The notes beneath the pieces are model-generated. The model was not told the DNA's origin. It was given only the letters and a program-made list of their open reading frames with translations, and ran no database searches. This document shows, one piece after another, positions 1-7,935 of a DNA stretch of 64,000 nt. Position numbers and translations under genes: made by a program. This stretch comes from Bacillota bacterium. Lineage in GTDB: Bacteria; Bacillota; Limnochordia; DTU087. Numbering within the stretch: the first letter of the stretch is position 1; every line of letters starts with the position of its first letter. The stretch covers positions 3,075 through 67,074 of the forward strand of contig JAAZLW010000175.1 of the NCBI GenBank assembly GCA_012799135.1. Direction: 5' to 3'.

Positions 1-22
1 TTCGGAAAAAGATAGACAATAT

Positions 23-56
23 GCAGAAACCGGTGTTGGGCAACACCGGTTTCTGC
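23..56. terminator. Perfect 15-bp inverted repeat hairpin, probably an intrinsic terminator downstream of the minus-strand ABC importer operon or of a plus-strand gene left of the window
   Basis: GCAGAAACCGGTGTT-gggc-AACACCGGTTTCTGC read directly. T-rich flank on the minus strand (atattgtctatcttttt). Confidence 0.5.
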
Positions 57-216
57 TTGAATAGGGAAATATCCCTGGCTCGGCGTTTGATGAACCAAGG
101 ATACTCCACCTAGGAGATTAGAGACCTAAACGGTTTTTCTCTGTCGATGCTGACAGCCCTTAAGGTCGGCCAAGAAGTGCAGTTGCTTACCCTCCCCTGA
201 TCTTCCGTTCTGGCTC

Positions 217-1200
217 CTATCTGGCTTCCAGCTCATCGAGGATGGTTGTATCAACTAGGCCCTCCATGTCAATGGCTTCTTTAGTAACCCCCACTTGCTG
301 TAAGAACGAGGCAGTGCCTTCCAGCCCCACCAGCAAATCTGGCCCTATGTAGGGTGAAAAGGTGTATTTGGTCATGATCTGTTTGATTAGTTCCGGTGGA
401 AGCTTCGTCTCTTTTGCTACTAACTCAACGGTCGCTTCCGGCTCTTCTTCCATAAACTGTAGACTACGGACATGGGCCTTGAGGAAGGCTGCCACCACTT
501 CCGGCTTTTGCTCCTTTACTTCCCGCCGTACAGTCATAACTGTTAAGCCCGGCATTAAGCCGACTCCATCTCTTAACACCGCTATCTTACCCTGTGTCTG
601 AAGTCTAGATAGCACTGGTTCTACTATCACGGCTGCCTCGACATGACCGGCCATTAGTGCAGTAACTGCATCGGGAACCAGCATATTGGCCACCTGAATA
701 TCCTTGAGGGTGAGCCCTGCTTCCTCCAGGGCCTTCGCCAATAGAAAGTGAGCTTCAGTTCCTACTGGCACCCCGACTGTTTTACCGGTCAAGTCCTCGA
801 CGGCCGCCAAGGGGCTATCGCTCTTGGTCACCAGTGCAAAACCTGCGGGAGATTGGCCATATGCAGCAAAGATTTGGATTTCGCGACCACCGGCATAAGA
901 GGTTATGGTAGAGGTCCCTCCCATAACAGCAGCTATATCCAATTCACCGGCAGCCATCGCCTCAGTCATTTGGTAGCCAGCCAAAAACGCCTTGTATTCC
1001 ACCTCTAACCCGAGATCAGCTACAGCCTCCTCTAAAAGACCCTTCTCTTTCATGACAACACTCGGTACATTCAAAGGCATGGGATTATATGACACAGTCA
1101 ATCTCCCCGCCCCCATCACCAGGCCACTACCAAGAGTCAGTAATACAACCATAATTGCCACTGAGGCTATACCACGCCTCCATAGTCTCTCTCGTTTCAT
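217..1200 (-). CDS. ABC transporter substrate-binding protein, NitT/TauT (SsuA/NMT1-like) family
   Basis: 327-aa ORF with an N-terminal signal/anchor (VAIMVVLLTLGSG). Periplasmic-binding-like sequence. Sits in an operon with a matching ATPase and permease. Confidence 0.75.
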   Translation of the reverse strand: MKRERLWRRGIASVAIMVVLLTLGSGLVMGAGRLTVSYNPMPLNVPSVVMKEKGLLEEAVADLGLEVEYKAFLAGYQMTEAMAAGELDIAAVMGGTSTITSYAGGREIQIFAAYGQSPAGFALVTKSDSPLAAVEDLTGKTVGVPVGTEAHFLLAKALEEAGLTLKDIQVANMLVPDAVTALMAGHVEAAVIVEPVLSRLQTQGKIAVLRDGVGLMPGLTVMTVRREVKEQKPEVVAAFLKAHVRSLQFMEEEPEATVELVAKETKLPPELIKQIMTKYTFSPYIGPDLLVGLEGTASFLQQVGVTKEAIDMEGLVDTTILDELEAR

Positions 1201-1235
1201 TGAAATCCCCTCTCTTCTCGTTCACCTGATGCTAA

Positions 1236-2006
1236 CTATGCCAACATTCCCACTAACTCCTGCCGGAATACGTTGAATTCTGCACTGGTGCGATCCCGGG
1301 GATAGGGAAGGTCTACGGGAATAACTCGTCTCACTGTTCCAGGCCGTTGGGTTAGCACTACTATCTGTGTGGAAAGCAAGATCGCTTCATCTAGGTCATG
1401 AGTCACAGCCACCATGGTCAGTGAGCGCTCCTGCCAAATTCTCATAAGCTCATCCTGCATCCGCATCCGGGTCACAGCATCAAGGGCGCCTAAGGGTTCA
1501 TCCAAAAGCAATACCTGAGGGGAGCCGGCAAGTGCCCTTGCCAGTGCCACTCTTTGGGCCATACCTCCTGATAGCTCCCGAGGGTAAGCTGCAGCAAAAT
1601 CCTCCAGCCCTACCAGCTGCAATAAAGCCATGATCTGATCTTGGCTTCTGCCGCGATCCCGCAGCCCCAGTCTAACGTTGTGAGCCACTGTAGCCCAAGG
1701 AAACAGCCTGGGCTCTTGGAAAATCAACCCCCGGTCCCAACCTGTTCCCTTTACAGTGTCTCCTCCAACTTTGATGTACCCTTTTGAGGGATATTCTAAC
1801 CCTGCTATTAGTCTAAGTAGCGTAGTTTTGCCACATCCACTCTGACCAATAATGGTTATGAAATCCCCCGCCGGAATCGTCAGAGTCAGGTCCGCCAGCG
1901 CCTCCACCCCACGATCTCCCTCGCCAAAGCACTTGCTGACATTGACCACCTCTATGGAGGCCGGTTCTCTATCAGTTACGTCAACGGGTCCGCCAACGGA
2001 GGACAT
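1236..2006 (-). CDS. ABC transporter ATP-binding protein (NitT/TauT family)
   Basis: Walker A GQSGCGKTT, signature LSGGMAQRV, Walker B LLLDEP. Start moved to the internal Met (MSSVGG) because the longer ORF overlaps the permease heavily. Confidence 0.85.
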   Translation of the reverse strand: MSSVGGPVDVTDREPASIEVVNVSKCFGEGDRGVEALADLTLTIPAGDFITIIGQSGCGKTTLLRLIAGLEYPSKGYIKVGGDTVKGTGWDRGLIFQEPRLFPWATVAHNVRLGLRDRGRSQDQIMALLQLVGLEDFAAAYPRELSGGMAQRVALARALAGSPQVLLLDEPLGALDAVTRMRMQDELMRIWQERSLTMVAVTHDLDEAILLSTQIVVLTQRPGTVRRVIPVDLPYPRDRTSAEFNVFRQELVGMLA

Positions 2007-2751
2007 GTTTTTCAACTGCCTTCCACCCCCAATCAAAGAGCAAGCCCAAAAGGCCGATGGTGACGATGCCAATGAACATCTCCTCCATCCGCACCAGGGA
2101 ACGGGCAGCCATAATCATGTAACCTAGGCCGGTAAAGGCAGCCAACATCTCTGCTGCCACCAAAGCCCGCCAACTATTGGACAAACCCAATCGCAAACCT
2201 GCGATCAAACTGGGAGCTGCCCCAGGTAGAATCAATTCCCGCAGAACTTCTTTGCGCGAAAACTGAAGCAGCCGGGCCACCTCCCAGAATTGATGATCGA
2301 TCTGAGTCATTCCCAAGATCGTGTTTAGAAAAATCGGGAAGAAGGCGGCATATATGATCACTGCCAGCTTGGTTGCTTCTCCTATGCCCAAAACCATGAT
2401 CAGTACCGGAATCCAGGCTACTGGAGGTATCTGACGCAAGAACTCCAAAGTAGGTAGCACCAACTGTCCGAATCCAGGGAAACTGGCGACCAAGATTCCG
2501 CTCGGGATAGCCAGGGCGGCTGCCAGCAAGAAACCCTGAATAATACGAAGCAGACTAATCCCCACATGGGATTGCAGCTCTCCACTGGATAACAGCCGAG
2601 CAAAGGCGTCTAGAGTATCTTTTGGCCCAGGTAAGATGCCACCACCCAGCCTGTGACTTGCCGCCCACCACCAGAGGCCTATAACCAAAAAGGGAAATGC
2701 AACTCCCCGTAATAGCCCGTGAATCCTGTGGGCTTCTTTCCATCTACCCAA
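1981..2751 (-). CDS. ABC transporter permease (SsuC/TauC-like)
   Basis: 256-aa polytopic membrane ORF with the EAA-like loop region typical of BPD-type permeases. Operon context. Confidence 0.8.
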   Translation of the reverse strand: MGRWKEAHRIHGLLRGVAFPFLVIGLWWWAASHRLGGGILPGPKDTLDAFARLLSSGELQSHVGISLLRIIQGFLLAAALAIPSGILVASFPGFGQLVLPTLEFLRQIPPVAWIPVLIMVLGIGEATKLAVIIYAAFFPIFLNTILGMTQIDHQFWEVARLLQFSRKEVLRELILPGAAPSLIAGLRLGLSNSWRALVAAEMLAAFTGLGYMIMAARSLVRMEEMFIGIVTIGLLGLLFDWGWKAVEKHVLRWRTR

Positions 2752-2943
2752 CTTGTCTGATCACTCCCCATCAGTCAACCAGAGCCTTCGTTCGCGTCGT
2801 CATAGTCCTTCGCCCACAATTGACTGATCCCCTTCAAGGAGGCACGAGAGCACATATCCAGGGAGTCGCACCTTCGTATTCCAACCCTTGGTGCGTACTT
2901 AACAAGAGAACCAAGCTAGGAATATGCTATATCCTACTGTTCT

Positions 2944-2993
2944 AAAGAAGGAATCACGATTTCCGCAACGAAATGCTTCTTTGTTGTGGATTT
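2944..2993 (+). promoter_or_regulatory. Hairpin plus T-rich tail in the divergent intergenic region. Candidate attenuator or terminator upstream of the 3058 CDS.
   Basis: AAAGAAG..ATTTC-cgcaac-GAAAT..CTTCTTT followed by TTTGTTGTGGATTT on the plus strand. Confidence 0.3.
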
Positions 2994-3057
2994 GCTCAAG
3001 TGGGGTTGATTGCCAGGCGCTGAAAACTGGCAAAGACTAGTCCCAGGAGGCATAGGA

Positions 3058-3699
3058 ATGTCGGTTGATGCAGAAAAAACAATCCTAGCTCTCCCAGAGG
3101 TCGAAGCCTGTCGGATTATTTACCAGGATGATGAGTTGGACCAGATCTATGTTTCCGCCAATATCCCTACTCAACGTCCCGCCGAACGACTTCAATACAT
3201 AAAATCCCTGGTACGGTCCGTAGTTGGTGTTCTGGCTCTGGAACACGGATGGGATGTCGACTATCGTAAAGTCAAAATTGTTGACTCCCTGGAAACCGGT
3301 TGCCGGGAGCCACCGATATGCGAACCCCGTATCCGCATCATCGCCGCATATATCAGGTATTCTCCTGAGCCCCATGTCAAGGTGGAGCTTGATTTGGGTA
3401 GTTCAGTCTACTCCGGACAGGCCCCCTATGATGCGGCAGATCCCACAGAATCTGCGATACAAGCCTTTTCCCAGGCCTTTCATCAGATGGAGCTAGGCCA
3501 GATCAGTCTGGTTTTCGCCTACGAGATATCAAGCTGCCCATCACACGACACTTTGGTGATAGTGAAAGTGCGTTACCGATCAAATAAGGGCAATGAAACA
3601 GAGCTTTTGGGTATAGCGGAATCTCAGCAGGACCTAATCCTCTGCGCCGTAAGGGCTTGTTTGGGTGCTCTGAACCGTAAGATTGGCTTGTACGGATAA
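3058..3699 (+). CDS. Hypothetical protein whose C-terminal half resembles the LeuA allosteric (dimerisation) domain fold
   Basis: ATG at 3058 preceded by CCAGGAGG. The C-terminal pattern ..LLGIAESQQDLILCAVRACLGALNRKI resembles the D-I-x-x-A-S-x-x-A-Y-x-x-A-L-N ending of LeuA regulatory domains. No catalytic domain present. Confidence 0.35.
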   Translation: MSVDAEKTILALPEVEACRIIYQDDELDQIYVSANIPTQRPAERLQYIKSLVRSVVGVLALEHGWDVDYRKVKIVDSLETGCREPPICEPRIRIIAAYIRYSPEPHVKVELDLGSSVYSGQAPYDAADPTESAIQAFSQAFHQMELGQISLVFAYEISSCPSHDTLVIVKVRYRSNKGNETELLGIAESQQDLILCAVRACLGALNRKIGLYG

Positions 3700-3784
3700 T
3701 TGATGTTGGAAATTGCCCGGCCTAACCGAACCTAATTTAACCGAATAGAACCGGACCCATTATATTTGATGGGGAGGGTTCTTC

Positions 3785-3883
3785 ATGAAAAAGCGTGTGA
3801 TGGCCATCATCTTCACCATAGCACTGACCTTAAGTCATGCTGTAGTGGCGCTGGCCGATACCGCCCGTTTTAGAATGCGCTAA
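3785..3883 (+). CDS. Unannotated 32-codon mini-ORF encoding a signal-peptide-like micropeptide (MKKRVMAIIFTIALTLSHAVVALADTARFRMR)
   Basis: RBS GGGGAGGG at 3771-3778, 6 nt before the ATG. n-region MKKR, hydrophobic core, A-L-A/D cleavage-like site. Stop lies 54 nt before the HD-GYP start. Below the 60-aa ORF-track cutoff. Confidence 0.45.
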   Translation: MKKRVMAIIFTIALTLSHAVVALADTARFRMR

Positions 3884-3937
3884 GGCAAGTTCGTAATCTA
3901 CTCGGCCGGGCACTTTTTTCTTGCAGAGGTGATATCG

Positions 3938-5224
3938 ATGCACAAAAAATCAGTACTCCAAATCTACCTCTGCATAGCAGGGATAGTCAGTGCTTTCTTT
4001 ACCTACAGGCTGGGTATTGCTACGGCTAATCATCCCAGTGTCGAATTATTGTTTTTCATCGGACTCTTGCTGGCCAATAATCGCCGCTCCATAGAAACTG
4101 AATCAGGAGCTTTTTCCCTAAATTACCCGCTATTGCTACCGGTCATGGCTATGCATGGACCTCTAATGGCTGCCCTGACCGCCACGATTGGGATTATCGA
4201 ACTGGAGGAGCTCAAGCAACCCCCCGCCGTAGTCATACACAACCGTGGCACCATCGCCTTCAGCTCCTTGATTAGCGGTATTGCCTTCCATAGCGTTCTT
4301 GCTGATTACGGTTTTACACTTGCTGTGGCCGGATCAGCTCTCGCCTATCTCGTGATCAATACTTCCTTTTTTGCCGCTGCCAAACTAGTGGAGATGTACA
4401 CGACCGATACAAGGGACGGTTTCCTAAATGATATTTTGGAGACTCTCAAGACACTCGTACCTTCAGCAGCGCTAGGTGCAGTTTTCTACTATACATACGT
4501 GTATTTTTCCGTATATGGCTTAATCGTCTCCTATCTGTTCTTACTCGCCCTACGGTCAAAGACTCTGTTCGGCTTGCTAGACACCACCTACCGGCTAGCT
4601 CTAATCAAATCACTTTTACGGGCAGTTTGGGCTAAAGATCCCGAACTAATGCAGCATATGGAACGGGTGGCCTTCTTCAGTGGAGAACTAGCCCGTGAAT
4701 ATGGGTACTCACCTTTGAAACAACGCGCCCTGGACGAAGCTTGTTATTTCCATGACATAGGGAAACTGGAGATAGAAGATGAGATCCTCAAATGGCCCGG
4801 CCGTTTAACCCAGCGTCAATTCGAGACCATTAAGTCCCATCCCGAGAGAGGTGCCTGCTTCATCGAAGAAATCCCCATCCCCTTGCGCAATCGGAAAATC
4901 ATCCGCAACATTGTCCTTTACCATCACGAGCGTTGGGATGGCAAAGGGTACCCCCAAGGGTTGGCTAAAGAGCAAATCCCTCTGGAAGCTCGGATCGTAG
5001 CAGTAGCTGACACCTGGGATGCCATGACCAGCCGCCGATGCTACAAGGAACCCTTAAGCATACCCGATGCCATCACCGAGTTGAAGCGGGTAAGGGGAAC
5101 CCAGCTAGATCCAGCGGTTGTGGATGTCTTCCTGCGAATCCTCGATGATGTGTTGGAAAAGGAAAGGAAGCAAGTCAGTGCTAGTGCCATGGGCAAAAAG
5201 CACTATTCCTCTGCTTCCTGGTAG
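3938..5224 (+). CDS. Membrane-anchored HD-GYP domain protein (putative c-di-GMP phosphodiesterase)
   Basis: Multi-TM N-terminal half. HDIGK and HHERWDGKGYP motifs. ATG at 3938 has RBS AGAGGTG; the ORF track starts 9 nt earlier at a GTG. Confidence 0.85.
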   Translation: MHKKSVLQIYLCIAGIVSAFFTYRLGIATANHPSVELLFFIGLLLANNRRSIETESGAFSLNYPLLLPVMAMHGPLMAALTATIGIIELEELKQPPAVVIHNRGTIAFSSLISGIAFHSVLADYGFTLAVAGSALAYLVINTSFFAAAKLVEMYTTDTRDGFLNDILETLKTLVPSAALGAVFYYTYVYFSVYGLIVSYLFLLALRSKTLFGLLDTTYRLALIKSLLRAVWAKDPELMQHMERVAFFSGELAREYGYSPLKQRALDEACYFHDIGKLEIEDEILKWPGRLTQRQFETIKSHPERGACFIEEIPIPLRNRKIIRNIVLYHHERWDGKGYPQGLAKEQIPLEARIVAVADTWDAMTSRRCYKEPLSIPDAITELKRVRGTQLDPAVVDVFLRILDDVLEKERKQVSASAMGKKHYSSASW

Positions 5225-5292
5225 TCCAAATCTATTCTAGATACATAACGCTCTTTCCACAAACTTAACCGGGACGGATATCACCCAGCCGG

Positions 5293-6261
5293 TCATTTCG
5301 TCAGAATAACTCCCCGCTCTTGCATGAAGGCTTCAATTTCCCTCCTGGTGGGTATAGCCGCTTGAGCTCCTAGCCTAGTTACCGCCAAGGCCCCTACCGC
5401 ATTGGCGAAGAGTACAGCGTCCCGCAGTGGATAGCCTTCAGCCAAAGCTACGGCCAACCCTCCGGCAAAGGAATCTCCGGCCGCGGTGGTGTCTTCTACG
5501 GCAACCTTATGCGCGGGAATATGCTCAACCCCCTCCGCCGTAGCAATGATTACACCATCTCCACCCAGTTTCAGCAATACGGTCCGGATGCCGTAGCCCA
5601 CCAATTTGGCAGCGATCCGGTAAGCATCATCCATACTATGCATCTCTTCCCCTGCTAACACTTGGGCTTCATGTTCATTGGGAGTGATGATATCTACCTG
5701 TGCCAATAGTTCCGGTTTCAATGGGCGGGCAGGGCCCGGATCCAAGATTACCGGTACTCCCGCTCCCTTAGCCATTCGGATGACGGCTTCATCTGTCTCC
5801 AAAGGAATCTCGAGCTGCAGCAATATGACATCAGCTGTCTCCAAGACATCCTGAGCGGCCTTGAGATCCTCCGGTGTAACACTGTCATTAGCTCCTGGCA
5901 CCACCACAATACTATTCTCGCCAGTGCTATCTACCAGAATAATCGCAACCCCGGTGGGTACACCAGTAGTAGTCTGTACAAACTGAGTATCAATTCGGTT
6001 GTCCTGGAAATTGGCAAGCAGCTGCTCTCCGAATACGTCAGCTCCAACCCGCCCTAGCATCTTTACATGACCACCGGCACGGGCAACAGCTACTGCCTGG
6101 TTGGCTCCTTTACCCCCCGGAACCATGCGGAAATCTGACCCCATCAGGGTTTCCCCGCCCTTAGGCATACGTTCGGTTTTTCCGACCAGATCCATGTTAA
6201 TGCTGCCTACAACTACAATATGTCCTTGCCCCAAAACTGCCACCCCCAATAAGTATCTCAT
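5293..6261 (-). CDS. rbsK: Ribokinase
   Basis: GGKGANQAVA and DTTAAGDSF PfkB/ribokinase signatures. 322 aa. Confidence 0.8.
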   Translation of the reverse strand: MRYLLGVAVLGQGHIVVVGSINMDLVGKTERMPKGGETLMGSDFRMVPGGKGANQAVAVARAGGHVKMLGRVGADVFGEQLLANFQDNRIDTQFVQTTTGVPTGVAIILVDSTGENSIVVVPGANDSVTPEDLKAAQDVLETADVILLQLEIPLETDEAVIRMAKGAGVPVILDPGPARPLKPELLAQVDIITPNEHEAQVLAGEEMHSMDDAYRIAAKLVGYGIRTVLLKLGGDGVIIATAEGVEHIPAHKVAVEDTTAAGDSFAGGLAVALAEGYPLRDAVLFANAVGALAVTRLGAQAAIPTRREIEAFMQERGVILTK

Positions 6262-6338
6262 CCATGCAGTCCCACCATACAGGTGGGTACTTAAGCTATT
6301 AGCTAACCTGTTGACTTAGCATATCCCTGTCAGCGACC

Positions 6339-7256
6339 TCAACCAGCACTAAGGTCCCGGGCACGAAACTCCTCTATCCGCCGTAGACTCAGATCCACAT
6401 ACTCCCTGATATGATCATAGCCCACAAAGTGTCTGCCACTCTTTAGGGCGGCAATACAGGAGGTGCCACTGCCACAGAAGGGATCGAGAACCATCTCACC
6501 GGCAAAGGTATATAGCTGAATTAGCCGATAGGGCAATTCTACGGGGAAAGGAGCCGGGTGACCTATCTTGCGAGCAGATTCAGCCGGGAATTCCCACACA
6601 CTGCGAGTAAATTCCAAGAACTCATCCCGCTCGATCGTATTGGTCTTCCCTTTCCCCTTACGACCAAAGGGACCCTTAGAAAAAACCATGATGTACTCAT
6701 GTACATCTCGCAAGGTAGGGTTGGATGCAGACATCCAGCTTCCCCACGCAGTGGATCCTCCAGAACTGGCAGCCTTATTCCAGATGATCTCGCCCCGCAT
6801 ACGAAACCCTATCTCCAACATATCACTGATGATGAAGGCATGCAGTGGAACATAAGGTTTCCGGCCGATATTGGCTATATTCACGCAAGCACGCCCACCC
6901 GGGACCAAAACTCGAAAGGTCTCGGTAAATACACCCCGGAGCAAAGCCCGATATTCATCCAGAGATAGATCTCCATCATAGTCCTTGCCTACGTTATAGG
7001 GAGGGGATGTGACCATTAGGTGTATGCTATTGTCCGGCAGCTCGCTGAGATCACGACTGTCTTTATGAAAAATGCGGTCGATACACTCCTCAGGCAACTC
7101 GCTTTCAGTCAGATCCTCGAGCTCTACAAGATCGAACTGATCATACAATCTGCTGTCATAGAAGGCGGCAGAATCATGATTTTCCCGTTTAGTATTTCCA
7201 AAAGAGCGCGTGAAACTGCCCTTTGCCACAGAAAAGGCCTCCCTTCCAATCAGCAT
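6339..7256 (-). CDS. Site-specific DNA methyltransferase, beta-class amino-MTase (SPPY motif; N4-cytosine or N6-adenine)
   Basis: TSPPY (codons at 6996-7007) precedes the SAM-binding DPFCGSGTS near the C-terminus. No endonuclease-like neighbour. Confidence 0.8.
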   Translation of the reverse strand: MLIGREAFSVAKGSFTRSFGNTKRENHDSAAFYDSRLYDQFDLVELEDLTESELPEECIDRIFHKDSRDLSELPDNSIHLMVTSPPYNVGKDYDGDLSLDEYRALLRGVFTETFRVLVPGGRACVNIANIGRKPYVPLHAFIISDMLEIGFRMRGEIIWNKAASSGGSTAWGSWMSASNPTLRDVHEYIMVFSKGPFGRKGKGKTNTIERDEFLEFTRSVWEFPAESARKIGHPAPFPVELPYRLIQLYTFAGEMVLDPFCGSGTSCIAALKSGRHFVGYDHIREYVDLSLRRIEEFRARDLSAG

Positions 7257-7272
7257 CCATTATAGCACATTC

Positions 7273-7767
7273 CTAAACCTCCATCTCAACCTTCTGGCGA
7301 CTAGCCATATCCAGGCGAGATAGATCCGCAATCTCGTATTTATTGCCATCGGCATCCTGGATTACCACATGAGTATCGGAAAACCAACGGATATCACGTC
7401 TGCGGTTCCGCACTTCAAACTGACGAGGCCCTCGATCGGTTTCAACCCACCAGGTAAGCAAGCCCAGCTGATCCCTGATGTCATAGATTTTTAGAATCTG
7501 CGGGAGAAAGAATTCTGCTTCCAGTTCCATCTCTAAAATCTGTACACTCTCGGCATCCATCTTGTCATACCCCTTGATAATCCCAAGGAATCTACCATCC
7601 GAGTCTTCAAGTATGATGATCGCCTGAGGTGCCGTGAGGGGAAACGCTCGTTTGGCCTTCACCGGGCCTAATCTCTCGTCGCCAACCTCCATGTATACAT
7701 TCTGCCAGCTATCTCTCCAAAACCTGACACTCTGAGGGGCAAATACCTTAAGTGGTGCTGCTTCCAT
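7273..7767 (-). CDS. DUF1854-like protein (conserved partner of the upstream ABC exporter)
   Basis: 164 aa. The pattern RAFPLT...WWVETDRGPRQFEV...DADGNKYEI matches my recollection of DUF1854. Located downstream of the ABC gene. No obvious SD at the annotated ATG. Confidence 0.55.
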   Translation of the reverse strand: MEAAPLKVFAPQSVRFWRDSWQNVYMEVGDERLGPVKAKRAFPLTAPQAIIILEDSDGRFLGIIKGYDKMDAESVQILEMELEAEFFLPQILKIYDIRDQLGLLTWWVETDRGPRQFEVRNRRRDIRWFSDTHVVIQDADGNKYEIADLSRLDMASRQKVEMEV

Positions 7768-7935
7768 GGGATCGGGCCAATTGTTCTAGATGCAGAGATG
7801 AGCAAGTGGCCCTATACCTCCCCTCTATGATCTGGCCAAATCACTCTTTGGCTCATCCATCCCGGCAATCTACTTCAGGATTCGGTCAACAGTCTTCCTC
7901 ATATGTCCTTTGGCCAACTGCATTCATTTGACCTT

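Noticed and set aside
2752-2943. Assignment of the ABC-importer leader to the TPP or SAM-I riboswitch class
   Set aside because: The key conserved cores are absent when read by eye: CTGAGA and ACCTGATCTGGATAATGCCAGCG for TPP, and GGAGGGA..GGCCC..GCAACC for SAM-I. It is kept only as an unclassified structured leader.
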